Positions 6,967 through 16,682 of a stretch of 49,391 nucleotides of DNA are shown here, piece after piece. The notes beneath the pieces are model-generated. The model was given only the letters and a program-made list of their open reading frames with translations. It did no database searches and had not been told where the DNA came from. How positions within the stretch are numbered: the stretch's first letter is position 1; each line of letters begins with the position of its first letter. Position numbers and translations under genes: made by a program. This stretch comes from a virus (taxonomy: Duplodnaviria; Caudoviricetes): IMG/VR virus record IMGVR_UViG_3300030376_004391, positions 1 to 49,391 of that record; one strand, written 5' to 3'.

Positions 6967-7719
6967 CTATTTGATAAGTTTTGCCCACGAAAGCGGACCG
7001 CACACGGAATCAACAACCAGATTATTCTGCCGTTGAAACTGACGGAAAGCCTTGTCAGTTTTTCTTCCCCAAATCCCATCTGGGAATCCGCATTTGTACC
7101 CTTTGGCGTTCAATCGTTCTTGAACGACTTTCACCGCCGAGTTCCGACTGCCTCTCCTGAGCGGTCGCCGAGCAACTTGAGCGCCGAGCATGGCGATCGC
7201 TCCTGCGACTCCCTTCATGTCCACCTTGGTTTTTTTCACCGCTTTGGACTCGCTCTTTTCGCCCTTCATCGCTGGCGCTTGGAAGATTCCATTTGAGTTG
7301 CGCCATTGATAGTGCCATGCCTCGTATTGAGGTCGGAAAACTGTTTGGCAAACGCCGTATTGTTTCGCTACTGGAACGAACTTTGCCCATGTCAAACCGG
7401 AGTAAAGCCGGATATCAACTGCGTGTCCGTAATTGTCAAAAGGTTGTTGCATATGCCATGACCCTTGGAACAATCCACCGCCGAACTTCCTGTCTGGGTT
7501 GCTGGCGAGATTGAAGTGAGAATAGCCAGCCTTGCCTTTCAACTTGTTCTGGTAACCGTCCCAGAAATACTTCTGATCCGCATACGAACGAACGCCACTC
7601 ACGATCTTCGCTTTGCCATTGAACTCACCATTGAGGAGAGCGTCAAGCCGAGCGACGAACGTCGGGTGCAAGAGATCCACTCTCACTCTGTTATGTACTA
7701 AAGGTAGTTTTTTTGCCAT
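6967..7719 (-). CDS. Endolysin: M15-type zinc peptidase plus PG-binding domain
   Basis: SGVRS..Q, SWH...AVDI, EAWH; C-terminal VQERLNAKGY..DGIWG..T..FQ. Confidence 0.85.
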   Translation of the reverse strand: MAKKLPLVHNRVRVDLLHPTFVARLDALLNGEFNGKAKIVSGVRSYADQKYFWDGYQNKLKGKAGYSHFNLASNPDRKFGGGLFQGSWHMQQPFDNYGHAVDIRLYSGLTWAKFVPVAKQYGVCQTVFRPQYEAWHYQWRNSNGIFQAPAMKGEKSESKAVKKTKVDMKGVAGAIAMLGAQVARRPLRRGSRNSAVKVVQERLNAKGYKCGFPDGIWGRKTDKAFRQFQRQNNLVVDSVCGPLSWAKLIK

Positions 7720-7746
7720 GTCATCTCCATTCTAGTTCAAAGGCTT

Positions 7747-7923
7747 TCAACTGTCTGTAGCCACGACATATCCATCGCTCAAAGCGTCAGCGACTTGTTC
7801 CGCTGAGGCGTTGAACTGATCGCCGTGTTGGTATTGGTTTGCACCAAGAATCTTTCCTGCTTCATACGTTCCAGTCACTTGATTGAAATACATGTTGTTC
7901 GTCACAACTCGGTATCTAGGCAT
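7747..7923 (-). CDS. Small hypothetical protein
   Basis: Start MPRYRV overlaps upstream stop. Confidence 0.6.
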   Translation of the reverse strand: MPRYRVVTNNMYFNQVTGTYEAGKILGANQYQHGDQFNASAEQVADALSDGYVVATDS

Positions 7924-8086
7924 CTTCAACCACCTTCAAATCAACGTCCTCATCTTCTGGCGTTGCTTCCTCAAGTAGTTGACCCATTTTGCGAATCTGG
8001 ACTGCTTGAACACAGATCTCAGTTTCTTTGGGGAATCTGTTCTGCATCTCTGCAAGAACCTCTGCTGGGTTGATATGTATTTCCAT
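7916..8086 (-). CDS. Small hypothetical protein, 56 aa (not in ORF track)
   Basis: AGGAG RBS; MEIHINPAEVLAEMQNRFPKE...; fills the gap after the tail fibre gene. Confidence 0.7.
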   Translation of the reverse strand: MEIHINPAEVLAEMQNRFPKETEICVQAVQIRKMGQLLEEATPEDEDVDLKVVEDA

Positions 8087-8104
8087 GTTTTCTCCTATTC
8101 TTCG

Positions 8105-9646
8105 CTATGCGTCTGCATCTGCGTTGATGTCTGCATTCTCATATTCTGTGATGAGTTTGCCGTTGCTGTCTGTTTGCTTTGAACCTTTGATGTTGTCGTC
8201 TTTGCGTTCTCCAATAACCATCCAAGAACACACAGCGCCGTTTGGTCCGTTGATTGTCAATGTCTTTCCTGACAGTGACCAAGTGACAGCGTTTCCTGAA
8301 CTGCTGACCATTGACCAAGTGTTTGTGTTTAGGGCTTCCCATGTTCCAGCAGTCATGTTTGAAACTGTGTCAAGATCAACCGTTGCTGAACTTCCTGAAA
8401 TTGTTACTGTGCCACGATATATGTTGTCACATGTTGGACCTTCAAGAAATGAGTGACGCAATCGCCAGTCTCCGCCTTTGGTTGGGTGTGGAATATCAAA
8501 TGATCCTGAACCTTTAGACAACGCTCCAGAAACTGTAACGTCTGCTCTAAGAAAAATGTCCTCAAACAATGACCCACCTGCTCTTGGTCCTATGTAGCAA
8601 GCACCACCAGCGTTTCCTGAGATCCAGAGCCGAGAGTTGTCTGATCCTGTTCCAGTGTTGTCTGCAAAAACGTTGTATGACTCCGCAAAGTTAATTTGGA
8701 AGTTTGTTGAACCAGCAGTTGTGCCGTTTAGGTTAATCTTTGAATTTCCGAAGAACTCAAGGTCGTCAGCAGAAGCGTCCCATAGCATGTGTGAACCAGA
8801 TTCGTCACCAAAAAACTTTACGTCGTATCCTGTATCATCAACGCCGATAGTGACGGTTCCATCTATTTGCACAGCACCGTCAATATCTACAGCGTCAAGG
8901 TTTGTTGTTCCATCAACATCAATGTCTCCATCAATATCAACATTGTTTTGGAAAGAAGCAATTCCGTTTGTCAGTTCAAGACCATTTCCACCATTTCCAT
9001 TGATTATCAATTTGTCAGCGCTTTCGTCCCATTGAACATAACTTCCAGACGTAGCGCCGAAGAACTTCACGTCATGTCCTGTGTCGTCCTGACCCACCGT
9101 GAGTGTTGCTTTCAATGTTGTTGCTGATCCGTCATAAGTGAAGTTAGCGTCAGCGCCGAAACTACCATTGTCGTTGAACTGGACCTGATGATCCGAGCCA
9201 GCAACAGTTGTAATGTCAGATGTGAATGCCACTGTTCCTGTTCCATCTTTGAATGTGATTGTCCGATCAGCGGTGGGATCAGTGATCGCAAACGTTGTCT
9301 CATGAGCGTTGGCGGTTGCTCCTTCAAATACAAGTGCCGATGCTCCTGAAATGACCGCTGACGTGAGATCCATTGTTCCGTTGAACGTTGATGAACCAAC
9401 GACCGACAATGTGGTGTCAGCATGGTTGGCGTTTTCCGGTGTCGCTGAGTCAGGGTCGGAAATATAAACCCTATCGTTCACCAGATCAATTCCGATCGGA
9501 AGCGGAACGTTGTCTGTCGTGCCTGATCCTGTTGTTTGGTCAATGAACGATCGGAAGCATGAACCGTAGTCGTTCCAGTCCGTAGCGGTCACAATGTAAC
9601 CGCCAGCCCGATTGTTCACTTGAAATTGCCAGTTGATTTGTGTCAT
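8105..9646 (-). CDS. Tail fibre / receptor-binding protein
   Basis: G/S/T-rich, internal repeat DDTG.DVKFFG, C-terminal GSFDIPHP..LRHSFLEGP, position after tail genes. Confidence 0.8.
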   Translation of the reverse strand: MTQINWQFQVNNRAGGYIVTATDWNDYGSCFRSFIDQTTGSGTTDNVPLPIGIDLVNDRVYISDPDSATPENANHADTTLSVVGSSTFNGTMDLTSAVISGASALVFEGATANAHETTFAITDPTADRTITFKDGTGTVAFTSDITTVAGSDHQVQFNDNGSFGADANFTYDGSATTLKATLTVGQDDTGHDVKFFGATSGSYVQWDESADKLIINGNGGNGLELTNGIASFQNNVDIDGDIDVDGTTNLDAVDIDGAVQIDGTVTIGVDDTGYDVKFFGDESGSHMLWDASADDLEFFGNSKINLNGTTAGSTNFQINFAESYNVFADNTGTGSDNSRLWISGNAGGACYIGPRAGGSLFEDIFLRADVTVSGALSKGSGSFDIPHPTKGGDWRLRHSFLEGPTCDNIYRGTVTISGSSATVDLDTVSNMTAGTWEALNTNTWSMVSSSGNAVTWSLSGKTLTINGPNGAVCSWMVIGERKDDNIKGSKQTDSNGKLITEYENADINADADA

Positions 9647-9655
9647 GTCGTCTCC

Positions 9656-10927
9656 TTAGAAGAATAGCCTTGTTGTGTTGCCCAGTTCTGAGAACGCCGA
9701 GTACGTTCCAGAGCCGTCGTCCAGTGTCCAATATCCGGCTGTGTCCGCCGGTGATAGTTCAAACTCAGTTGTCCATGAAGCGCCTCTGCCTTTGTGCAAG
9801 ATCCTCTCAACGATGACCGTTGAACTGATAGCGTTCCCAGCGGACGGCGTTCGCTCAATCACATATGCGTTTCCAAGTTCCGCCTGTAACACGACCGCCC
9901 AGAGAGCGTCCTGTTCCTGTGGGATCAGTTTAATTGACTGAACCCTGTTCGCTGGATTCGCTAAACGCCCGATATTGTATTCCGCCCATGAATCAGCCTC
10001 AGAGGTTGAAGTCAACAAAAGATCTCCCTGAGTCAGGGATCTGATACCGAACTTGGTTTGTGAATCAGTATTATTTTTCTGAGTTCCGGAAGATCCTGAA
10101 GAGATCACTGTGTCAATCCTGTTGATGATACTCAAGTCTTCAGATTCAAAGTTGAGTCGGTTGTACTTGACTCTCCCTCCGGAAGTTGATGTGTCAGAAA
10201 ATGTTGCTGAGATTGAAGCGAATTGAGAGACTCTGTTCAAGCGGTTCAAGAATGTCATCACACCGGAGCGTGACACAAAGAAAGAACCGATCTCCGCTGT
10301 TTCTATTTGCTGACATTGTAAAAGAACATCTTCCGTCACAGCATATGTTTTCGCTGGGATCGTTTGGTTGTTGGAATCATTGTCAATGTCCCGATATCCG
10401 GACACAGATGTAGAGCCGGAGCCGGAACCGATCCATTGAGCCTGATCCAAAAGGTTCGCTACTCTGAGACCAGAAAGTTCTTGAGATTCTGAAGTGCCGT
10501 CACATCTCGCCAGAGATAATGCTTTGAAAGCGTCTACGCATTCCAGTCTCGTCACTTGATCTTTCTCATGCGGATATTCCTGAACCCACTTCTCAACGAA
10601 CCCACGGAAAATCACATACGTCGTTGATGTCGCTGGATCAGTTGCTTTGACTCTGACGTGACGCATCGGAATCACGTTCGTTGATGCGCTCACATAGTAC
10701 GGCGATCCTGATGAAGTGTTTGATGGATCTAGTTTGCCATTAGCATTTGAACAAATGATGACGGCTCGCCCTGCCTGAGTTGTGGATAGTTCGCCTTTGC
10801 GTCCACGAACGATCTGGAACTCACGGATCGGATTGTCCGTTGAGATCGTTGTGAAGTCAGAATCCTGAGCATCTTCAGTGATGCCCTTCTGGAACGCCAC
10901 TTCCACGGTCACAGGTGCGAGAGCCAT
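9656..10927 (-). CDS. Minor tail / tail-tip protein
   Basis: Directly after tape measure; RGR...AG....SN..G..DP pattern of tail-tip proteins. Confidence 0.7.
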   Translation of the reverse strand: MALAPVTVEVAFQKGITEDAQDSDFTTISTDNPIREFQIVRGRKGELSTTQAGRAVIICSNANGKLDPSNTSSGSPYYVSASTNVIPMRHVRVKATDPATSTTYVIFRGFVEKWVQEYPHEKDQVTRLECVDAFKALSLARCDGTSESQELSGLRVANLLDQAQWIGSGSGSTSVSGYRDIDNDSNNQTIPAKTYAVTEDVLLQCQQIETAEIGSFFVSRSGVMTFLNRLNRVSQFASISATFSDTSTSGGRVKYNRLNFESEDLSIINRIDTVISSGSSGTQKNNTDSQTKFGIRSLTQGDLLLTSTSEADSWAEYNIGRLANPANRVQSIKLIPQEQDALWAVVLQAELGNAYVIERTPSAGNAISSTVIVERILHKGRGASWTTEFELSPADTAGYWTLDDGSGTYSAFSELGNTTRLFF

Positions 10928-13884
10928 TAGCCGAACTCCAGTGAAGCGTTCCGGTTCTTTGTGCGGATGAGTTGCGCTTGGATAACGTCAGCCAGATCCA
11001 TTTCGCTCAGGACCGATCCTTCAACGACAACGTTGACTGTTGTGCCACCGCCGAGCATATTCCCAGCCTGATTCAAGGGAATAATAGCCTCTGCGCCTTG
11101 CTCTCCTGCCTGAATAAAAGTGGGTTTCGTAATAATTCCGCCCTTTGCCATCGGTACTGCACCGCCAATGAAGCCGGTGATTTGCGCTCCGAAGTTCGCC
11201 AAACCGCCTGCCTGCGTCACGTTGTTGAGAAGACTTTGGAGTTGTGGGGTGATCTCAGCACTTCCAGAGATAATCAATTCACGGTCGTTGATAAGTCCGA
11301 TCTGATCAAAAGCATCATCAAGGAGACCATTCAGCAAGTCAAACTGTTCGTTGCTGATGAGGTTTGCTTCAGCGAGATCGTCAATGAAACCTCTTTGATC
11401 TTGGAACTTGGTGTTCACTTCTTCCATGGGTAAGCCGACAAGTTCAGAAGCGAAGTCGTCTATCTTGTCCGTATAGTCTGCCATGGCGGTGAGAGCGTCT
11501 CGTGATTCCTCAGTTTGAGTTCCGATCTGACCGTTGGATTCGGTCAACGCTTCTGTCAGTTTCTCAGATGCTTCAATGACATCAGCCTCAGCGAGAGCGA
11601 CAGCGAACAGGGGATCAGCGAGTGAACGCAACTGATCTTTCAATTCGTTGGTCAGATCAATCTGGTCTTGCATCTTCTGGTTCGCTTCTTCTATCTCCTG
11701 CGCTAGTTCTTCTTCGCTCTTTGCGACTTCTTCAGTTGCGTCAACCATGTCCGGCATCGTGAAGCCTGAAAGATCGCCCATCACAACGTCAAATTCTTCA
11801 AAGCCAGCGTTCACTTTGTCTTGAGTTTCTTTGGCTTTGTTCGCCTCAGTCTCAATGTCATCAAGAACTTCTTGGAATGATTTACCTTCGTTAACGCCAG
11901 CAATAAGTGAAGCAACCGTATCAACTCCCAAAATGTCGGCATAATCAGACATCGCTTCGCCGGACTCAATATATTCCTTTGCATTTTCTTTGAGTTTGTT
12001 GTTGTGGTCATCAAAAGCGTCAGCGGTTTCGTCCAACGAAAACAGGATCTTCCTCGCCTGATCCAGTGACAATTCTTCTGCTTCTATTCTTTCAGCGATG
12101 GCGTTCGTTACTTCTGACTCAGCGCCGGTCACTTTGCGAAGTTCCTCAACGAACTTGGCGTTGGTCATTCCTGCCAGATCCACTTTCTCTTTCAACTCTT
12201 GGAACTTGTCAGTTCCACCAGAAAGAACCTCCATCGTATCCTCCATGGACAATCCAAGCGCTTCAAACTGAGGAACAACTTTGTCTTTCAGGAGCAAGTT
12301 GTACAGGGTTTGTTCCCCTGCTAATCCTTCAAACTTCATGGCAGTCCCTTCAGCGCCTTCTTCCACCGCTTTCAGTTCCTGAGCCATGTCTCGGAGTCTC
12401 TGGACTTGCGTCGCTGTGGGGTCTCCAGCCTTGATAAATTCTTCTGTCAGTCCCTTCTGGCGTTTGCGTGCTTCTTCTGCTCGTTTCCTGAATTTGTGGA
12501 ATGCAACACTGGCGACACCGATCGCCACGGCGCTCGCAATAGCGATCTTCGGGTGTGCGCCAAGAACTTTCCCGAATTTAGACAGGACTCCGCCTGCTCC
12601 TTTGCCTGCTCCGAATCCAGCGGAAGAAGCCAACTTGCCGAACATCGTCACTAAACCGTTGATGCCATGTGACATCTTGCCGACAACAATCAGCGTCGGA
12701 CCCATGACCGCCAACAATCCAGTGAATCCCAGAATCACTTTCTGCATGAACGGCGACATGTTGCTGAACTTCTCCGAAAGACTTCCAACGAAATTGGCTA
12801 ACTTCTCTATGAGAGGAAGAACAATTGGAATGACTTTTTCACCGACTTCAATCATTGTGAGTTTGAACTGCGCCATCGCTTTGTCAAACTTGAATCTTGT
12901 GGTTTCTGAAGCGATCGCAAACGCCTCATCGGTTTTCCCAGCGGATTTCTCCAACTCAGCGAACACAGCCACAGCCTGATCTGCCTGAACGCCGGTCAGT
13001 TGCAACGCACCAGCCAACGCACGAGTGTTCTCAAACACATTCGCCATTTCCAAACCGTTGTCCTCTAACCTCCCACGCAACTCCAAAAGACCTTCCAAGA
13101 GACCTTCATCTTTGACGGCTTTCCTGAAATCCTGCGATGAGAAACCGATCTGTTCCAAAGCCTCTTTCGCCTGAGACGAAGGTTTCAGGATTGAGTTCAG
13201 GATTCCACGCAACTGAGTCGCTGAAGCGTTTGCATCACCAGAGGATCGTGTCAGGAACGCCATACCAGCGCCGATCTGATCAAACTCTACGCCCAACTCA
13301 GACGCAACCGGAATGATCTTTCCAAATGTAGGAGCAAGATCTTCTGCTGAGGCTTTACCCTGTTCCACAGTTTTCGTCAGAACATCGGTCGCAAATGAAG
13401 CCTGTTCAGCGCTCAAGCCATAACCATTCATGGCGTTCGTGACCGCATCGGCGATCGCTACCGTGTCACCCAAACCAGACGCTGACGCTTTCGCTGAGAA
13501 CTCCAACGCCCTGACCGCTGACGAGGCATCAAGACCGGCAGATGTGATGAAGAACATAGCATCAGCGAGTTCTTTCGGCGACCGAGCAGTCTCACCCGAT
13601 AAACGCTTCACATGTTCTGACAAATCAGCGACTTCTTCCGCCGAGCGACCAACCAACGACTGGATCTGAGTCATGGAATGCTCAAAGTCCATCGCCATCT
13701 TGAACGCACCAGCACCAGCACCAACAATAGGCGCTGTGAGTTTCAATGAAAGTGTTTTGCCAGCCTTAGCCGACGAATCGCCAAAACCTTTGAGTTTGCC
13801 CTGCGCTTTTCCGATCGCTTTGTCAAACTGTTCAGCGTCCATGGCGAGGACGGCTTTGATTCTGCCGATGATTGACTCAGCCAT
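10927..13884 (-). CDS. Tape measure protein (TP901-like core)
   Basis: 985 aa A/G-rich helical protein after tail chaperones; C-terminal MAKGGII..P...GE.GAEAIIPL. Confidence 0.92.
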   Translation of the reverse strand: MAESIIGRIKAVLAMDAEQFDKAIGKAQGKLKGFGDSSAKAGKTLSLKLTAPIVGAGAGAFKMAMDFEHSMTQIQSLVGRSAEEVADLSEHVKRLSGETARSPKELADAMFFITSAGLDASSAVRALEFSAKASASGLGDTVAIADAVTNAMNGYGLSAEQASFATDVLTKTVEQGKASAEDLAPTFGKIIPVASELGVEFDQIGAGMAFLTRSSGDANASATQLRGILNSILKPSSQAKEALEQIGFSSQDFRKAVKDEGLLEGLLELRGRLEDNGLEMANVFENTRALAGALQLTGVQADQAVAVFAELEKSAGKTDEAFAIASETTRFKFDKAMAQFKLTMIEVGEKVIPIVLPLIEKLANFVGSLSEKFSNMSPFMQKVILGFTGLLAVMGPTLIVVGKMSHGINGLVTMFGKLASSAGFGAGKGAGGVLSKFGKVLGAHPKIAIASAVAIGVASVAFHKFRKRAEEARKRQKGLTEEFIKAGDPTATQVQRLRDMAQELKAVEEGAEGTAMKFEGLAGEQTLYNLLLKDKVVPQFEALGLSMEDTMEVLSGGTDKFQELKEKVDLAGMTNAKFVEELRKVTGAESEVTNAIAERIEAEELSLDQARKILFSLDETADAFDDHNNKLKENAKEYIESGEAMSDYADILGVDTVASLIAGVNEGKSFQEVLDDIETEANKAKETQDKVNAGFEEFDVVMGDLSGFTMPDMVDATEEVAKSEEELAQEIEEANQKMQDQIDLTNELKDQLRSLADPLFAVALAEADVIEASEKLTEALTESNGQIGTQTEESRDALTAMADYTDKIDDFASELVGLPMEEVNTKFQDQRGFIDDLAEANLISNEQFDLLNGLLDDAFDQIGLINDRELIISGSAEITPQLQSLLNNVTQAGGLANFGAQITGFIGGAVPMAKGGIITKPTFIQAGEQGAEAIIPLNQAGNMLGGGTTVNVVVEGSVLSEMDLADVIQAQLIRTKNRNASLEFG

Positions 13885-14109
13885 CTAACGCCTCCTCGTT
13901 TTGTTTCGGTTCTGCGCTACTTGATGAGCGTGAGCCTTTTCTTCCGCTTCTAGTTTGTAATAGGCAACCCATTCAGTCAGTTCTCCAGAACTCATATTGT
14001 TGAGAAGGTCGCTGACTGTCATACCCAGATCCCTCGCTAATCTGAAATAGAAACGACGTTCTGGTCGTGTTCTTCCTCGGCTATCTGAGAATCCGAGGAA
14101 TCTTTTCCC
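13885..14109 (-). CDS. -1 frameshift extension of tail assembly chaperone (GT-like)
   Basis: G-GGA-AAA at 14109-14103; -1 frame reads RRFYFRLARDLGMTVSDLLNNMSSGELTEWVAYY to TAG abutting the TMP start. Confidence 0.85.
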   Translation of the reverse strand, partial: GKRFLGFSDSRGRTRPERRFYFRLARDLGMTVSDLLNNMSSGELTEWVAYYKLEAEEKAHAHQVAQNRNKTRRR

Positions 14110-14489
14110 GAATCATCTGCGCTATCTGAACTCAATCCGGATACCTCAAGACATTTGGTGGCTAGGTCGCCAACAACCTCACCGCTTTTCTCGTCCATGA
14201 GCCATTCCAGATCTTCTTCTGAGAACACTCGTTTCCCATTTTCAGGATCAAAGCAACATGCGACAATCATGGATCCCCAGAGGCTCTCAATCCGGCTCAA
14301 CGCCACCGATGCAATCGCATCAACGTCAGTTGCTCCTTCACTGGTCAACGTGCTGGCATAGATAGCACGTTGGCGAGCGCTCATTGACTTCACCATGATC
14401 GTCACTCCCCATTCAGGGATTGAATACAGTTCCGAGTGTAAATCCTCGGAGTTTCTTATTTTGTCTGCAAGATTGGACACTTTGGTCAC
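14037..14489 (-). CDS. Tail assembly chaperone (G-like)
   Basis: IPEWG..; position; slippery GGGAAAA near the end. Confidence 0.85.
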   Translation of the reverse strand: MTKVSNLADKIRNSEDLHSELYSIPEWGVTIMVKSMSARQRAIYASTLTSEGATDVDAIASVALSRIESLWGSMIVACCFDPENGKRVFSEEDLEWLMDEKSGEVVGDLATKCLEVSGLSSDSADDSGKDSSDSQIAEEEHDQNVVSISD

Positions 14490-14518
14490 TCCTTCTGCTA
14501 GTTGTTATTTAATTTTGG

Positions 14519-14929
14519 TTAGTAAGTCCCACGAGTCACAGCGCCGGTCACTTGGAAATCAGCACTGAAGGTCACGACATCAGCCACAGGATTTGAGATG
14601 CTGTATGAAGTCATGATCGCTTCTCCAGTGTACTTGACGTTCCCTCCGGTGGTTCCGGCTGGACCATAAATGAAGGACCGGCTGGCTGGCTCTGCGCCTC
14701 CTGCAAGATAACCGTCAAGTGTGGCATCCCAGATTCCGCTGATGCTGATAGTTGTGTTCTTGATACCGACAATATATGAATCATTTGATGATCCGTATGC
14801 TGTTGTCAGAGCGGTTGCAATGGTTTCAGGGAAGTCAACTGAAGTCAATGTGTCAGAGATATTCCGGCTTGAACCACCGGTGTCATCTATGGCAAAATCT
14901 GTTGATTTACCGTGTACAAATGTTGGCAT
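14519..14929 (-). CDS. Major tail tube protein
   Basis: Size, position, ..TFSADFQVTGAVTRGTY end. Confidence 0.75.
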   Translation of the reverse strand: MPTFVHGKSTDFAIDDTGGSSRNISDTLTSVDFPETIATALTTAYGSSNDSYIVGIKNTTISISGIWDATLDGYLAGGAEPASRSFIYGPAGTTGGNVKYTGEAIMTSYSISNPVADVVTFSADFQVTGAVTRGTY

Positions 14930-14941
14930 TTTTGATTCCTC

Positions 14942-15694
14942 CTAGAATCTAGCGAAAGCGATCATGAATGTGATGCTTCCTGATGAACCGGCGGTGCTAG
15001 CCGATGCCCGAAGGTAGCGATTAACTGTGCCGGATACTGCTTTAATTTCCGAAGTCTTGGCAGAACTGCCGACCACGGTGAATGAAATCAAGTCAGCCCA
15101 CGACACATTGTTCGCCGAGTGCTGAATCTTGATTGTTGTGTTCCCATCAACGGTGTTAGTGGGAACATGCAGAGTCCCAGCGCCACCACTTGCTGATGAT
15201 GCTGAGTTATCTACAGAACTGAGATTGCCCAAAGATCCATGAGCAATGCTGGCTCCGGCGGTGAGTTGAACTCCCGATGCCAGAGCGAACGTCAAATTGG
15301 TTGTGTTATTGGTAGAGCATTCAAAGTCGGCGGTCACGGTGCTAACATCAGCGACCGGTGACGAAATCGCATATGACGTTTCGTTTGCCTGAGCGACGAT
15401 CGCTCCGCTCCCAATAGACGCTGATCCTTCACGAACTGTGATGACCGGTGTCGTGGCGTTACCGAGAAGCGCTTGGAGTTCTTCATCGGAGCCGTCAGTG
15501 TCGCCTGCCCACATTCCGCTCAAGGATAACGTTCCGGACCTCATGCCCATGATGAACGCTGAGTCAGTTGCTCCATACGCTGTCGTCTCGGCGATAGAGT
15601 TGTTGATGCTCGTGTCGGCTGATGTGAAGTATGAAGAAAGATCAAACTCGTCAATGTAAACCGCAGTATCTTTTCCATGAATGAATGTTGGCAT
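14942..15694 (-). CDS. Tail-tube paralogue with extra C-terminal domain
   Basis: N-terminal half aligns by eye with 14519..14929 (MPTF.HGK, TTAYG..D, G.W, TSY.IS.PVADV.T..ADF). Confidence 0.7.
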   Translation of the reverse strand: MPTFIHGKDTAVYIDEFDLSSYFTSADTSINNSIAETTAYGATDSAFIMGMRSGTLSLSGMWAGDTDGSDEELQALLGNATTPVITVREGSASIGSGAIVAQANETSYAISSPVADVSTVTADFECSTNNTTNLTFALASGVQLTAGASIAHGSLGNLSSVDNSASSASGGAGTLHVPTNTVDGNTTIKIQHSANNVSWADLISFTVVGSSAKTSEIKAVSGTVNRYLRASASTAGSSGSITFMIAFARF

Positions 15695-15696
15695 GG

Positions 15697-15927
15697 TCAG
15701 TCACCGTCCTTTTCTGATTCGGGTTCTTCCGCTTCCGGTTCTTCCGGTTCCGGTTGTTTCTTTGAACTGGTTTTGGCTGGCGCTCCGGCTTTGATGTAGC
15801 CGTCATCAATGAGCCATTTCAGATCTTTTGATGGCGCTTCAAATGATTCTCCGACGTTGTATGTTTTGCCAGCGATCTCAATGCTGGCATCTCCTGTCGG
15901 TCCTCCTGTCACATGGTATTTCGGCAC
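15697..15927 (-). CDS. Small virion-associated hypothetical protein
   Basis: AAGGAG RBS, first gene of the tail operon. Confidence 0.65.
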   Translation of the reverse strand: MPKYHVTGGPTGDASIEIAGKTYNVGESFEAPSKDLKWLIDDGYIKAGAPAKTSSKKQPEPEEPEAEEPESEKDGD

Positions 15928-16065
15928 GCTGGCTCCTTAACTTTTCCATGGGAAAGTCAGCGGACCGTCCACATGGGAACTCAGGACACAAAGGTCACTT
16001 TGGGTTTGGGAACATGATAGTTCACCGGAGCGGAGAGTCATTGGAGGTCGCTCTAGTTTTGACGA

Positions 16066-16188
16066 TTTCAATGTTTTGTGTTTTTTGGCGCTCTTTTCAT
16101 GAAGATATTTATGGGGTCTGACCTGCGCTTTTGCAGATTTCTTTGTAGAACTTGCATGAAACTAGGTATTTATGCCTATTATGTACTT
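16066..16188 (+). promoter_or_regulatory. Cassette promoter C2
   Basis: CAATGTTT, CTGACCTGC 16118, TTGCAT-19-TATTAT, dyad 16163-16178. Confidence 0.85.
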
Positions 16189-16578
16189 ATGGAAACAACG
16201 ATCACAAAGGAGATCACAATGAGTAATCAAATTACAGTAAATGTAGAATGGCAAACAAGCGAAAACGGAATGTATTTCACCACCGTATTCGGAACAGTCA
16301 AGAAAACTTGGGAGCAAATAGTCGGACCGATCTTCGGCTTTGAAATCAAAGACAATGGCTGGGCAACTGGAGAACAAGCAATGCACTTTGCAGAAACCTT
16401 TTCAGTCAAGAGGTTCAGCGCTGACGAAAACGAAACAACCGTGATCGTGAACGCCGAGTACATAGGAACTGTTAATATCACCGCTTCTAGAGATCTAGTT
16501 CAAGTTTGGACTCAAAAGGATCTTGGACCTGTTGAGATACTCGGAAAAGTCTCATTCAGTGAGATTGTCGGCGAATAA
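16189..16578 (+). CDS. Cassette 2 hypothetical protein
   Basis: METTITKEITM leader. Confidence 0.8.
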   Translation: METTITKEITMSNQITVNVEWQTSENGMYFTTVFGTVKKTWEQIVGPIFGFEIKDNGWATGEQAMHFAETFSVKRFSADENETTVIVNAEYIGTVNITASRDLVQVWTQKDLGPVEILGKVSFSEIVGE

Positions 16579-16584
16579 TCAAAA

Positions 16585-16682
16585 GGGTTGAGAGGTAAGA
16601 CCTCCACCGGATTCACGATCCGGCAACTCACGACTCGGAACAATCCGAATCACAAAACCACCAAGATCAAAAGGAGATCAAA
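16585..16682 (+). repeat. Structured intergenic repeat R3
   Basis: GGGTTG..CAACTC; GAGG-TAAGA-CCTC; CCGGA-TTCACGA-TCCGG; TCGGA-ACAA-TCCGA. Confidence 0.9.

Noticed and set aside
8105-9646. Diversity-generating retroelement target in the tail fibre
   Set aside because: No reverse transcriptase or template repeat; the internal repeat is a diverged protein module
16078-16188. N-terminal extensions such as MKLGIYAYYVL on cassette ORFs (also 24182, 35859, 40172)
   Set aside because: These are translated promoter sequence, not protein
16585-16633. Repeats as true tRNA genes
   Set aside because: No anticodon arm, 6-bp closing stem, about 45 nt
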